Assembly: GCA_965644315.1 (NCBI GenBank)
Contig: CBFFRQ010000093.1
Coordinates: 186,001-250,000, forward strand
DNA length: 64,000 bases
From: Caecitellus pseudoparvulus
Lineage: Eukaryota > Protista > Bigyra: Bicosoecida
Direction of reading: 5' to 3'
Shown here one piece after another: positions 12,347 through 24,941 of this stretch (positions within the stretch are counted from its first letter, which is position 1; every line of letters starts with the position of its first letter). Under the pieces are notes generated by a model. It ran no database searches, was not told the DNA's origin, and saw nothing but the letters and a program-made list of their open reading frames with translations. Made by a program: the position numbers and the translations under genes.

Positions 12347-13596
12347 TCACCGGCACGGCACCGCGTCGATCTGGGTGAGGGAGGGTAGGGAAGCCTTGAG
12401 CTTCATGCGGTACTCGTACTCCCCCGCCACAGGGTTGTGCTCCAAGTACACCGTGTCCAGGACTGGCAGGCTCGCCAGCATGGGCAAGTTCACGCCCTCC
12501 CAGTCGGGGATTTGGTTCTCGCTGGCCCACAGGTCCTCCAGCTCCTTGCACGCTTCCAAGCCCTCCAGGCGCTTCAGCTGGTTGTGCGTCACGTCCAGCA
12601 CACGCAGCTTCGTGCATGTCTCCAGCCCCTCCAGGCGCTCGATGGCGTTGTGTGACAGGTACAGCTCTTGCAGGGCCGTGCACGCTTGCAGCCCCGAGGC
12701 CATGCTGGTCAGGCGGTTGGACTGCAGGGACAGCTTCTCCAGGGCTGTCAGACTGGCCAGACCCGTGATGGTGGTGAGTTTGTTCTTCCCCAGCCACAGC
12801 TGCTGCAGGGCAGTGAGGGTGTCCAGGCCGGAGATCTCCCGGATGCGGTTCATGCCGACGTCTAGCTGCACCAGCGCCGTGCAGGATTCCAGCCCTGACA
12901 GGTCCTGCAGCTTGTTCCCGGCGATGTACAGGGAGGCCAGGCGCGGCATGTTCTCCAGGCAGCGAATGCGCCTCATCTTGTTGTAGGAAATGTCCAGCGT
13001 CTCCAGGGCTGTGCAACCCGCAATGTCTCGCAGGCGGTGCACCTGGTTGTCGTACAGCTCAAGGTATGTCAGGGCAGTCAGGTGGGCCAGCCCGTCCATG
13101 GTGGAGATGAGGTTGGACCGGAAGGTGAGAGACTTCAGCTGTGGGACTGCCTCCAAGCCACTGATGGACGTGAGCTTCTTGCCCATGGTGCCGATGTACT
13201 CCAGGACCTGCCTCAGAAGGGATGAGGGTGTACTCTCTGTGGGCCGGACGCTCGCAGCTGGCCGCCTCTCACCTCCAGTTTTGGGTCCGATAGGTCACAG
13301 ACATCTGCAGGAACGATGTCTTTCGCCTGCTTCTCGTCTTCGTCCGTGTCGATTTCAATGTCCGCGTCTTCTGGGTCGATCGTGACTGCCGGGACGGGGG
13401 CGTCTGCGGTATTTGACAATCACGACAGGGTGGATTAGCGACAGAAGTGCACATAAACGAGCGCATTCCGGGCACATTGCACCATGAATGAGGGCCCAAG
13501 TGTGATTTCTTTCCGGATCGTCGACAAAATAGCGTGACGTATGACGCCGTCGCCGTCTTCCCACTCACCACTCGTGCTAGGAGCCAACGCTGCCAT
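12347..13596 (-). CDS. SDS22: Protein phosphatase 1 regulatory subunit 7 (SDS22), leucine-rich repeat protein
   Basis: Exons 13596-13569, 13403-13273, 13207-12347. SDS22-type LRRs (LELYDNQV, LDISYNKM, LWLGKNKL, LSLQSNRL, LYLSHNAI, LWASENQI) and LRR cap VYLEHNPV...YRMKL...LTQIDA. Confidence 0.9.
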
Positions 13597-14001
13597 GATC
13601 ACGTGCTCCCTGGCCTGGAGGACCCGCCTCTGGCTCGGGCGGGGGTGAGCAAAGTCGAACAAAAAGTTTATCAAATGAGGCAGAGGTACGTGCTCGCCCT
13701 ACAGTCCAAGTCGTGGCCACGATGCTGGTGTTGTCAAGATGAAATTGAGCGGGGACGGGCCTTGGCAAGCAGGCAAGAATCGCCCTGCAAGTCGTGCATA
13801 CCCCCCTCAGCGGGCAAAGGCGCGAAGAAAGCGACAATGACAACCTAGCATCAAACCTGTATGCACACCGAAGTGAAGCGCCTCTGGCTCACCTGTCATA
13901 TTGAGCCCATTCCATTCCGACGTGTGCTCCTTTTCGCGGCTTGCTGCGGTTTTTGACTGCTGCCTCGCCAGTGTCGCTGCTGCTTCCCTGTGCCGTTCAG
14001 A

Positions 14002-14388
14002 ATGATCATTCCTGTGCGCTGCTTCACCTGCGGAAAGGTGGTGGGCAACAAGTACGAGACATACACGAAGCTCCTCGAGGACGGCGAGGATGAGGCGTGA
14101 GTGCGGTGGCCTCGCGTTTCGCCCTTTTCCCGCTGGACACCCTGCGCCGCTCCCCCGCCGCTTCAGAGAAATCATGAACAAGCTGGGCCTCAAGCGCTAC
14201 TGCTGCCGACGCATGGTGTACACCCATGTCGACCTCATTGAGCAGTTGCTGCAGTACAAGAGTGCGTGCTGAACACCCGTCCAACCACGTACCCCGCGTC
14301 TGGCTTCACCTGTGCTTGCGTCCCTCGCCACAGCTTTTAGCATGCGCACCGAAACACACGATGCATCCGGTGCGGCTGGAGCCCAGTA
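14002..14388 (+). CDS. RPB10: DNA-directed RNA polymerases I/II/III subunit RPABC5 (RPB10)
   Basis: [18 protein letters not shown] / intron 14097-14166 / [20 protein letters not shown]. The stop is either 14272 or, via a second probable intron, 14388. Confidence 0.95.
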
Positions 14389-14418
14389 GGCCCCAAGGGT
14401 GGACTGTTGTGCCGTTTG

Positions 14419-14426
14419 AATGCATT
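14419..14426. terminator. Palindromic AATGCATT, candidate bidirectional 3'-end signal
   Basis: Between RPB10 (+) and the convergent ORF ending at 14470 (-). Confidence 0.45.
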
Positions 14427-14469
14427 GTACTCGTCACATGAGGAAAACTGCCCTCGGCCTGCTTCGCAT

Positions 14470-15339
14470 CTACCAAGGCGACACAGAAGCAGCGGAGCAG
14501 GCAGAGATGCTGCGAGGGCGACTCTCTGCCAAGCGCATAGGGGATGCGGCACGGTACTGGTACCTCCTTGATGAGGGTCGCTTGCTTGAGGGCCTGGCGA
14601 GCAACGCAGTGCCGGCGGCAGGCAACCGCTCAAGTCGCTGGAGCAGCCGGTGCGTGGTGCCGACAGAGGTTGCTGGAGGTGGAGATGCACCCGGGCCGCC
14701 ACCCTCTGCCATGCTACTCAAGACGATTGAGTCTCCATCTTGGCTGCTGTTTGCGCTGAGCAGGCTCGGGTACGTGGAGGCGTGGGCGTCTATGCCCTCC
14801 AGCTGAAGTGTCACGGTGCTCAGAGACGGCGCGCGCAGTGGCTCGTCCAGACATGAGCTGACGCTCATTAAACTGGGCCCCGCCCGAATGCCGCCCACTG
14901 GGTGGGGCTTGGTGGGGGCTGCAGGCGCTCCCAGCACCCCCAGCCCAAGCGTCGCTGAAGCTTGGGCACGCAGGTGAGGAGGGAGAGCGGCCACCTGGCG
15001 TGCCCCATCAGACTGCAAAAAGGCGTGCACTTCAGAGGGAGATAGATCTTGCTGGTGAGTGGGGTCTCCGAGGTGCAGCAGCTTGGGGAGCCGCCGTAGA
15101 CGTCGCTTGCCAGGGGAGGGAGAGCCACTCCGCCGCCTTGCCACCTTCACACTGGTACTCCATCGCCCAGCCGACTGGCTGCGCGCAGGGGCAGAGAGGC
15201 GCTGGGACGGAGACAGAAGAAAGGCACAGGGACTCGGAACGGCTACGTCAAACAGCCTCTCGTCGCTCTCGTGCTGCGGGGCTGCGGGTGAAAAACGCGG
15301 CCTGCGCTGCGGAGCTTGACTCCGAGCTCTGGGCTGCAT
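14470..15339 (-). CDS. Hypothetical Ser/Pro/Arg-rich protein
   Basis: Open frame from ATG 15339 filling the gap between RPB10 and the divergent JmjC gene; no recognisable domain; followed by the AATGCA motif on its strand. Confidence 0.4.
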   Translation of the reverse strand: MQPRARSQAPQRRPRFSPAAPQHESDERLFDVAVPSPCAFLLSPSQRLSAPARSQSAGRWSTSVKVARRRSGSPSPGKRRLRRLPKLLHLGDPTHQQDLSPSEVHAFLQSDGARQVAALPPHLRAQASATLGLGVLGAPAAPTKPHPVGGIRAGPSLMSVSSCLDEPLRAPSLSTVTLQLEGIDAHASTYPSLLSANSSQDGDSIVLSSMAEGGGPGASPPPATSVGTTHRLLQRLERLPAAGTALLARPSSKRPSSRRYQYRAASPMRLAESRPRSISACSAASVSPW

Positions 15340-15778
15340 GGCTGACAGGCACGGTCGCTGTGAATATGAGCACAATCCGTTCAGCGTTTTTTCTGCTTGT
15401 ACATGTGTCTGGCAATGCCTTGGCTTGAATTTCGGCCCTCCAGCAAGCACAAGGCCGGCAGCAGGAGTCGGCCGTCAAAGACAGTCCACACACTCGTAGC
15501 TCGCAGGAGCTGGAGAACGTGCTGGGCCCCAAAGGGTGTGAGGCTGAGTCGAAATGTGAAGGGAACTTGTATGGGGTGTGCATGACGTGTCGGGCTTTTC
15601 TGCGGCGGCGGTGCCAGCTCCCCACTTTCCCGGGGAAGCGCAAGCTGAGCCTCCTCCTGGCGATTCCCGCACGGGGGCCAAAACTGCAGCCAAACGCAGA
15701 ATTCCATCTATACCGGTGCATGGTGTTGTGTTTGCTTTTCCGTCAGCTTTGCTGCATGTGCCACGCCTCCCACTCACC

Positions 15779-16960
15779 ATGCCATGCGGCAAGATGAAGG
15801 TGCTGCTGCTGGCTGCGGTATTTGCAGTCTTGCGCAGCGCAAATGGCTTCCGCACCTTGCCACTGCCCCGCATTCCACTGCACGACCTGGAGAAGCCAAG
15901 GAACCATGTTTACCGTGATGGGCATCTTCCTTTCATCATGACGAGCGTGGGCTTCGACTGGGAGGCCTTCAACGTGCTGTCTCCGCAGTGGCTCGCCTCC
16001 ACCTTCCCCGACGCAATTGTGGACACGTATTTGAAGGGCATGCGCCGCCAGAATGGGCAGGAGGGGCAGAATCCTCACCTCGATTGGATGGACGAGGCCA
16101 TGGCAGTGCTCGCCGACCCTGAGAGTGGTGACTCCTCTCAGGTCCCATACCTGCAGTGGCGCATCACACATCCCCAGTGGAGGCGCCTCGTGCCGCTGTT
16201 TGAACCCTTCCCACCATACTTGACGGGAGACTGGTGGCAAGACCGCTGCCTGGGGAATGTGACCACGAAGGAGAACTTCTGGCTGGCCACGGCATGGCGC
16301 ATGATGGTGGTGGGCAAGCCTGGCTCGGGCATGTTCATTCACCCCGACAGCTTTTACACCAGCGTCTGGCAGGTGCAGCTGGTGGGGCACAAGCGGTGGG
16401 CCGTGTGCCACCCGGATGATGAGGAGTTCATGCCCCCTCCAGGCACGTGGGACCCCTTCAGTAGCACGGTGCTGCACGAGCACCCTTCCTTGACCAGGGC
16501 ACGCTGCGGTATCGCTGATGTGGCCCCCGGAGAGGTCCTGGTGTACCCTTCCAACTACTGGCATGCAACGCTGAGCTTGGACCAGCCAACCATTGGGTTG
16601 GCTGGGCGCACCGTGACGCCCCTGAACTACCGTGGCGTGTATGACCACCTGCGCAAGGAGTGCTCGCGACCTCGAGTCGATGCGTCAGACAGCTACCTCG
16701 GGGCCAGTGAGAACCTGTACCAAGACCTGTGCACTGTGGCGTTGCCACGGTGCCTGGCTGTCTGGTCTGGCACGTACGGCGCTGGGCACCAGGAGTGGGC
16801 GGACCACGCCCAGCCTGAATGCCGAGTGCAGCCCGACCAGCGCCGGCCTTGCTGGGAAGCCACGCCGGCTGGCTGTACCGCAGTGGGGTGTTGCTGGGCT
16901 CCCTCGGCAGAGCTGTGTGCCGACGGTGGTTGCCCTTCGTGCTTCGCGCCTGCAGCGTAG
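15779..16960 (+). CDS. Secreted/luminal JmjC-domain oxygenase (JMJD8/JMJD6-like cupin) with C-terminal trefoil-like domain
   Basis: Signal peptide MKVLLLAAVFAVLRSANG (ATG 15779 or 15794). JmjC motifs GKPGSGMFIHPD, WQVQLVGHKRW, PGEVLVYPSNYWHATLSL. C-terminal CRVQPDQRRPC...C...GCCW...PSCF. Confidence 0.82.
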   Translation: MPCGKMKVLLLAAVFAVLRSANGFRTLPLPRIPLHDLEKPRNHVYRDGHLPFIMTSVGFDWEAFNVLSPQWLASTFPDAIVDTYLKGMRRQNGQEGQNPHLDWMDEAMAVLADPESGDSSQVPYLQWRITHPQWRRLVPLFEPFPPYLTGDWWQDRCLGNVTTKENFWLATAWRMMVVGKPGSGMFIHPDSFYTSVWQVQLVGHKRWAVCHPDDEEFMPPPGTWDPFSSTVLHEHPSLTRARCGIADVAPGEVLVYPSNYWHATLSLDQPTIGLAGRTVTPLNYRGVYDHLRKECSRPRVDASDSYLGASENLYQDLCTVALPRCLAVWSGTYGAGHQEWADHAQPECRVQPDQRRPCWEATPAGCTAVGCCWAPSAELCADGGCPSCFAPAA

Positions 16961-17147
16961 GTGCGGCGCGCCCCCTCCTAATGTCGCCGCAGGTGTGCCA
17001 CTCCCCACCTGCCTGTTGTCTGGCAGGTGTGGCTCGGAATGCACTGCTCTTTGCTGTACGGTCTGTCTACACTGTCGTGTCGCGGCTGGGCCGATGCCCA
17101 CACGTGGGGGTGCATTGCCGGCTCAAGCTGCGCTGCCGCGAGGTGCA

Positions 17148-19374
17148 TCACTGGTACGTGCCATCCACCTGCCGCTGCACGTCATGGTCTGCCTCCTGGT
17201 ACTGCATGGAGTACTGGTGCCGGTATGGTGCGCTGGTGTAGGCGGGAGCAGGCTGGGCAGGCCGGTTGGCGTAGACAGCCTTTTGAGCATGTGCGTCTGT
17301 GAGCCACTCCCCTCCGTGAAAGTTGGGGTTGGCCCGGGTGGGCGGGTGCTGCGACGCATGCGTGCCAGGCGTCTCGTCCTGGCTCGTGCCGAACGGCGCA
17401 TCTGTGCCGAAGCGCTCCTTGATGGCGATGGAGGTGGTGGGCAAGGCTCGTCCCCTGCCGGAGCGGATGCCGCTGGGCAGTACGTCGCCCCCACGGCTCC
17501 GCCCACCATCGTACCCGGGCGCTGACTCGGTGACGCCAGCGATGCCACCCTGGGCGTCGCTTGGGGCGTCTGAGATACCATGGCCCCCCGCCCACTGGAT
17601 GAAGTTGCCGGCATTGCGCTGGGCAGAGGCGGAGGTGGCTCGGCGGGTGGCACGGCCCCCCATGCCAGTTGCAGTGGACAGCTGCCCCCGCGCGCCCTCA
17701 TCCCCCTCCCACGTGATGATGTCCCGGATGCCGTGGGAGTTGTCGTACAGGTGGCGGCGGCGCGCCATGCCGGGGCGGTGGCCAGCCAGGCGAGCCGCCC
17801 GGATGTCATCTGCAGGGGAGGACGAGATGTCCCCCTGCCATGTCAGGATGTCGCCGTGTCCTGCGTGCAGGGCTGCCGTCTTGGCCAGGCCCTTGCGGGA
17901 GATGTACACGCCGGCGCCCTTACCAGTCTGCTCCGGTGCAGTGGTGGGGCGAGCCTCGGAAGCTGGCTCGAGGGGCACTGGCTCAGAGTGCGCCTGGGCA
18001 GCGAAGTAGTCCTCGAAGGCTCGCACGAACTGCGCGAAGGTGGCGGTGCCGTGGGAGGAGTACTTCAGCAGCAGCTTGTTCACGGGCGGCGGCACCTGCA
18101 CGCCCAGGCGCTCCAGCTGGCTCTTGAAGGTGCGGGTGTTGATGGTGCCGCGGTCCAGCTGGCGGATGATGCTGTACACCTGCTCCCGCAGCATGCCGCC
18201 GTCGCGCGTGAGGTAGCCAGCTGAGGTGGCGGGGCGGGCGGAGGCGATGTCCCCCCCCAAGCCTGCCCGGGCCGTGGCTTGGCTGACTGACTCGAAGCGG
18301 TCATCGGGGTGGTCCCGCTCACCGGCGTACCCGACACCCTTCGTCTCCCCCCACAAGGACGCTCCCACGCCACTCTCCCCTGGCAGGCTGGCGTCGGTGC
18401 CCTTGGTGTAGCCCGACCGGTGCCAGTCCAGGACATCTGCGCCGTCCTCCACGCCGCCCTCCTTGTTGAAGATGATGGCGCCGGCGCCCGTCTCCTGGAT
18501 GTGCCGGTTGTCGTACTTGCCGGTGGTGTACGCGGGCACATCGCCGTGGGTGGGGCCGGTGCTCCAGGTCAGGACGTCAGCGCCGCCCTGCTCCGCGGGG
18601 CGTGGGCCCAGGCGCCGCCCACCCAGGGGCGTGCCACTCCCAGCCGCGTGCAGACCAGGTGCGGAGCGAGAGGGAGAGGTGGCGCCCCCCGACACCACCC
18701 CTGCCGCCGCCGCGGAGGGGGGGTCCGTGTGCGTCAGCGCCCTGAAGAACTCGGAAAAGTTGAGGGGTGTCTGGCGCAGCAGGCGCTTGCTCTCCTCTGT
18801 CTCCTCCACGCCCAGGCCGTGCAGGCTCTCTCGAAAGTGGTCCAGGGGCAGCTGCCCCGAATCGAAGCGCTGGAAGAGACTGTGGATCTCCCGAGCCAAA
18901 CGCCGGACCTTCTCCGCCTGGGGCAGGGACGTCAGCTCGCTGGGCAGGGTGGGCGCCACGGAGTGCCCCGTGACACTGCTCAGGGCGGCTTGGAAGGCCG
19001 CGCCGCGCCCTGATGTCGTCGGCTGCACGGTGGGTGCGCGGGCAGTGCCGCTGGCCAGGCCAGAGGCAGCCGCCGCGCGGCGCAGGTGCACGTCTTCCTC
19101 CAATGGCGCGAAATCCACCTGCACGCCGCAAGGAGTGCGTGACGAGGGGCAAACCTGGCGTGCAGGCTGCAGAACTCACTTGGCCCTTGTCGTTGATCCT
19201 GCACACCAGCATGATGCGGTCCACAATGTCGGTGCCAAAGGTGAGCTTGTGAAACTTGAGCGCCTGCTGAAACGTCGCGCCCTCCACGGTTGTGGCGCCT
19301 CCAGCCAGCGACTTCAGCGTGCTGTACAGCGCATCCCGGATGTCAACTTCTGACTGGCTCAGAGTCACGTCCAT
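17148..19374 (-). CDS. EF-hand-like domain protein with repeated D-[VI]-[LI]-x-W motifs
   Basis: Exons 19374-19180 and 19118-17148. Degenerate EF-hand pairs (INDKGQVDF, FQRFDSGQLPLDHF, LDRGTINTRTF, SSHGTATFAQFVRAF). Confidence 0.65.
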
Positions 19375-19697
19375 GCTGCGTCAGGGGGTGGTCCTGGCGG
19401 CGGTCCGACGAGCTGCAAGCTCACCACGCCGAGGCGGCGCGGGATGAAGTGGGGGGCGTGCCTTGCACGTCGCTCCTGGCTGCACGGCAGCACTGCGTGG
19501 CTCACGAGCAGTCTGACGCGGGAGACTGGCATGTGTGAAGCTGAATTTATGGGTGTGCGCGTAGATTGTGGGGGTTTGCGCAGGAGCAAGCACTGCGGGC
19601 GGGGGTCGTGCGGAATTAGGGGGTGGCAGACTTCAGCCCGCCTGCAATCTGGACACACAAGGATGCATTGCCGGCAGGCGGCGCCATGGACAGGGAC

Positions 19698-21420
19698 TCA
19701 GAACTTCACCTCGTACTGTCCAGCTCGCGTGGAGTACTTGACCCACTTGATGGTCTCGTAGTTGCTGCGCTCGTACACCTTGAGGTTGCGCACGTGCAGG
19801 CCGGAGGCCGTGAACATGGACACGTTGAAGTCCACAGAGATGGGGGGGCGCGTCCATGTCTTCTTGGTCGTCGTCTTGATCAACTGCACGTCCGCGGTCA
19901 GCGTCAGCTCAGAGCCGCCCGGGAACTTCTTCACCCGCCAGACAATGGCGCCAGCAGTGGGTTCGTACTTCGCGCGCCCAGTGGGCACGGCGATGCGCGC
20001 CTTGGCCGTGGAGGCGGGGGTGGGGATCTTGAACACGACGTTTGTCGCGTTCAGGTTGCCGTTGAAGTTGCCGATGACCTTGATGGACATGTGCACGTGG
20101 CCTTCGGAGCGCTCCTCCACCACTGGCAGGAGGCGGAAGGGCAGGTTCACGCCCTCCGTAATACGGTACTTCATCAACTCGAACTCGCCATCGGGCGGCA
20201 CGAAGGTGATGGTGCGGTCCGCCTCGAACTTGCCCAGCTGCACGCAGCGGTGGAAAGACACGTCGTCCAGCTCCACCGCCCGAGAGCCGCCACCGCTGCC
20301 AGCAGCTGCCGCGCCAGTGTCACGGTCCAGCAGCAGCTTGTCGTTCAAGCCGAACTTGCACTCAGGCATGCCCGTCAAGCGGGTGTTCATCTTGATTACG
20401 CCCGTCACGTCTGAGCGCAGGACTGCGCCTTGGCTGGACACCAGCAAGTTCACGCTCTCCAGGACGTCAATGAACACTTCGTTCTTCTTGTGCACAATGC
20501 CGTCACGGCGCCTGCGCAGGGTGTGGCACGGGCGCGTCTCTGGTGACTCAGCCTGGCAAGGGGCGGACTGTGTGGGTGCGGGACACGCACCAGTCACGGG
20601 CACCTGTGATGGTCTTGGTGATTTTCTTGTGCTCCGCTGCTGTTGCAGGGGCCACCTGGGAACCCAAGTTGATGTACAGCTTCAACACGTCGAAGGCGCA
20701 GTTCTGGGGATATCCGAAGTCCAGGATCTCTGCGCCAGATGTAGCGACAGCACACAGCGTGCAGGCTCAGCCCTGTGGGCGTGTGTAGCACAAAGTGCGC
20801 TGCACGCACCGTCCAGCAACTCGTACACGAGAGTGAAGCTGCCCCGTACCGTTTCCTGCGTGGTGGGGAGAGGGGGCGGGGCGTGCAACAGCGCTGGCGT
20901 TTCACGAGGTGGAGGTGCCAGCGCACCTCATCGAATTCCCCGCCAAAGTAGCCCTTGAAGACCTCCAGCGTCGAGAACAGGAACTGAAACACCAAACCTG
21001 TGCAGGCAGTCCGTACGCGTGGGGGGCGGGTGGCCTGCCTGCCCCCTTGCAGCAGGCAGCAGCGGCCCGCTGGTCTGCTGCTGCACCACCCCGCCAAGCC
21101 ACGCCAAGCCACGCACCTGCGTTGACGTTGCTGCGCGTGACTGCGACGAGGAACAGGTCCTTCATGCGGGTGAAGAGGAAGGTGTTCCCCTCAATCGTGC
21201 GGACTGGAGCGGAGTTCCCGGTCTCCTTGCTCGCGATGACCTGTGGCGTGGGCCGAGGCGGGAGTGTGAAGGTCCGGCACTGCGCTGGCCCCAGCTCGCT
21301 GGCGCCCAGCCTCACCTGTGTCCGGAAGGCGTTGGCAGCAGAGACAGAGACGTCATCTCGGTACAGGCGGGAGATGATGATCTCGCCCTTCAAGTTCACA
21401 AAGAACAGCCCCGAGATCAT
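19698..21420 (-). CDS. AP2M1: AP-2 adaptor complex subunit mu
   Basis: Six exons, five GT-AG introns. MISGLFFVNLKGEIIISRLYRDDV, YELLDEILDFGYPQ, KKNEVFIDVLE, GMPECKFGLNDK, FHRCV, FVPPDGEFELMKY, WTRPPIS, MFTASGL, IKWVKY. Confidence 0.95.
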
Positions 21421-21810
21421 GGTGCCTTGTGCGGAGAGATGTGCGGAGATGCGCAGCTACGGCGAGACGCCAGCCCTGGGCCATGCACAGCGGTGAGCTC
21501 CTACCCGACAGTGCTGGGTTACTCGCCTTGCGCGTGGCGAGGTGTTTGGAAGGTGTGGGATGTGCCTCGAGGTGGTGTTTGTGCGCACTGTGCACCGGAC
21601 CATGCGAGGGTGCCACCGCCCGCACTGCCAATTCAAAACGCGGCGTGCCTTCCAGGCATGCACCATTGCTCTGTCTCACACTCCATCGCACTGGCACGCC
21701 CACCTGTAGCCCCTTGCAGTGGCCTGTGTGCGCGCTTTGGCCGGTTGGCAGGCAACCCCAGCCCACGCACCAGCACTGCTCCCCAGCGTCAGGCGGCACC
21801 GGCGGACAAG

Positions 21811-24800
21811 ATGGCGGCTGACGAGGTCGTTAGCAGTGTATTGGAGGGCATGGAGGAGGCAGTGCGGGGCATGAGCGGTGGCAGGGCTCTGCGCAGCGTG
21901 GCCGAAGCGAGCCCGTAAGGCCTGCGGAATTGGGCGGCCCACTTTACCTGCCTTGGAAACGCAAACACACACTCTTGCCCCCACCACGCAGGCACCCTAG
22001 CGGTGCGCCGCGAGCTGTGAACTTGCTGTCATGTGCCACGGCAGATGAAGTCCCCTTGCTGGATGAGTTTGAGGCTGCTACCCACAGCTTGGAAATGGGC
22101 GGTGTGGCAATGTCCACCCCGCAAGGCACGCGAGTGACCGGCACGCTGTCGGCGACACATTTCGCCTTGCGCTTCTTGCCCAACGTGGGTATTCACGACC
22201 GTTCGCTGCGCTTGGTCCCGCACTCTTGGTGGGTCATTCCCCTGCTCCTGGTGCGCAAGCTGGAGCTGCTGCGGCCGGGTCGCGGCCAACCTGCCTCCGT
22301 CGTGCGCCTGCACTGCAAAGACGTGCGCAGCCCGTACATGGCCTTCCGGTCCCCCGAGGACGCATCACAGGCAGTCAAGCTCGTCAGCAGCCTCGCCTTT
22401 CCGAAGCTGCACCACTCTTTTGCCTTCGCGTCCGTGCCTCGGCACAACGGAGGTGGTGCGTTGCCGGGCTGGTTTGACACGTACATACCCGCAGAGGAGT
22501 TCGCGCGGCAAGGTGCACTGGCGGCGGTGAACCCCATCTCTGGCCAGCCCCAGTGGCGCATCACCACTGTGAATGACCAGTACTGCTTCTCGCCAACATA
22601 CCCTCACCAGCTGGTGGTGCCTGCGGCCATTTCGGATGGGCACTTGGTGCCCCTGCAGCGTTTCCGCTCCAAAGGCCGCATCCCTGCCCTCACCTGGCGG
22701 TACAGGGTGAATGGCACAGCCATGCTGCGGTCCTCCCAGCCACGCATCGGCGTGTACAACGCTTCCTGTGCAGAGGACCAGCAATTGCTCAGCGCCGTGA
22801 AGGCGACATCTGACGCTTACATTCGAGGCCTCGCCTGTGCACGGCAACTGGGCCGCGCTGGAAACGCCGCGCCAGCACCAGCACCGGCGACAACACCAGC
22901 ACGGCCACCGGCACCGGCTCCAACCATGTCCGCCTCTGCCGCCCTGGCAGCCGCTCGACGCACATCCTCTGCCCGCACGGCAGTGGCGGTGCCGGCTGCA
23001 GAGGCTGACCCACACAACCCCTTCTCAAGCGTGGGCGGGGGGGGCTCATGTAGCCCAGCAGGCGGCAGCAGCCCGCGTGATGGCGGCGCCGACACGCCTG
23101 TCAACACTGCGCTGTGGGGTGACGCGTCAGGCGCCCTGAGCCCGGCGCTGGTGTCCACGCCCAAGCTGCTCATCGCTGACTGCCGGCCCAGCACCAACGC
23201 CATGGCTCAGAAGGCAGGGGGGTGGGGCTACGAAGCCTACCCCGACTGCGAGACGGTGTTCCTGGGCATCCACAACATCCACGAGGTGCGCGCTGCGTTC
23301 CGCCGCATGGAGGCGCTAGTGCGCAAGACGGCCTCCGCTGACACGGCGCGAGGCACGCCCACGCCCGAGGACTTGACGTGGGGCGAGCAGCTGGAGCGCA
23401 CGGGGTGGCCCTCCATGCTGCGCTGCATTCTGGGTGGTGCCCTGCGCGTGGCGTGGGCCATGGAAGAGCATGGTAGGTCGGTCCTGGTGCACTGTTCCGA
23501 CGGCTGGGACCGCACGGCACAGGTGTGTGGCCTGGTGCAGGTGCTGCTGGACCCCTATTTCCGCACCACTCGTGGCCTGTGTGCACTGGTGGCGAAGGAG
23601 TGGTGCACCTTTGGGCACAAGTTCCAGCAGCGCCTGGGGCTGGGAGACGTCAGGTTCGACGAGGACGGCGAGTGTTCGCCCGTCTTCATCCAGTTCCTGG
23701 ACTGCCTGTGGCAGCTGGTCACGCAGTTCCCCGCCCTCTTCGAGTACACGCCCCGCCTGCTGCGGGCGCTGGCCCACCACGCCTACTCCTGTCGTTTCGG
23801 CACCTTCCTGGGCAACTGCGAGAACGAGCGGCGGTCAGCTGCCTTGCCGCAGAAGACGCAGTCCCTGTGGACGTGGGTGCTGGGGCAGGTGGAGGCGGAG
23901 CGGTGCCTGATGCAGGCGAGCAGCACTCTGGCCCCAGGGGAGGAGGGCGTGGGTGTCGCGCATGTGGCTGGTTTCCTGAACCCGGCGTACGCTGCTGGCA
24001 CAGCGGATGCGGTGCTGCTGCCGCCGCCCAGCGTCGTCCTGCGGAAGGTGTGTGTGTGGGAGGACTGGTGGTGCAGGTGGGGGGGCATGCCGTGGGGCGG
24101 CTTCAACACTGCCGCGGCGGTGGGCCCACCAGGTGACACCTCGTGGGGCGTGTGGGCCCATGACAGCCGAGCTGCGGGCGGCGGCGACACGCCACCCGCC
24201 GCCGGGGCGCCGCAGACCGAAGAAGGCAGTCGCTGCCGCTGTGTGGGCCCGCCGCCCACCAGCACCACCATGTCCTTGGAGCGCTCTCCGTATGGCAAGG
24301 CGGCAGCTGCAGCTGGGGCAGTGGGCGGTGGCGAGTCGCCACCCTCAGCCGCGCTGGCGTGTCCCTGGCTGCGGTATAAGTGGAAGGGGGGCGGGCTGGG
24401 GCATGTGCCTGGGAGCGTGGACACTGCGCTGGCGCCCATTGATGCCCTGCGGAAGGAGGGCGGGTTGCCCCCCCTCGCTGCCGCCACCGCTGCCGCGAGC
24501 ACGCCACCAGAGCGGGCCTCGGCCAACCCTGCCGTGGCCCTGCAGCCGCCGGCGCTGGAGGAGGAGGAGGCGCCCCCCACGCCCCCTGCGGCAGAGGGGG
24601 GCGAGCAGGGGTCGCTCGTCCAGCAGGCGCCCCCGACGCCAGCGGCGGTGGAGCCACCACCACCCCCCACCATGCACACAGGCCCCAATGTGGACCCTTT
24701 CACGGGGCAGCCTCTGGGAGGCATGACTGTGGTGGCGGCAGTGCCTGCGTTGGAGAGTGCTGCGGAGGATGAGAGCGTGGCCAGTGCAGCCTCTGACGAG

Positions 24801-24812
24801 GCTGCGGATTGA
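21811..24812 (+). CDS. Myotubularin-family phosphoinositide 3-phosphatase (catalytically intact)
   Basis: Exon 1 21811-21914, intron 21915-21991. PH-GRAM-like N-terminus, WRITTVN...PTYP, FRSKGRIP, RSSQP, IHNIHEVR, active site VLVHCSDGWDRTAQ, DPYFRT, KEWCTFGHKF, SPVFIQFLDC. Confidence 0.93.
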
Positions 24813-24941
24813 TGGAGCGGGGGGGCCCTGGTGCACTGCACTTGGCGCATCAAATCCCGCACGTTGCCAATTCACAGCGTCCCTCAGCGCGCCCACGGGA
24901 CTGCAACCACTCGCCGCGCACAGGCCCCGCTGTCAGCGAAC

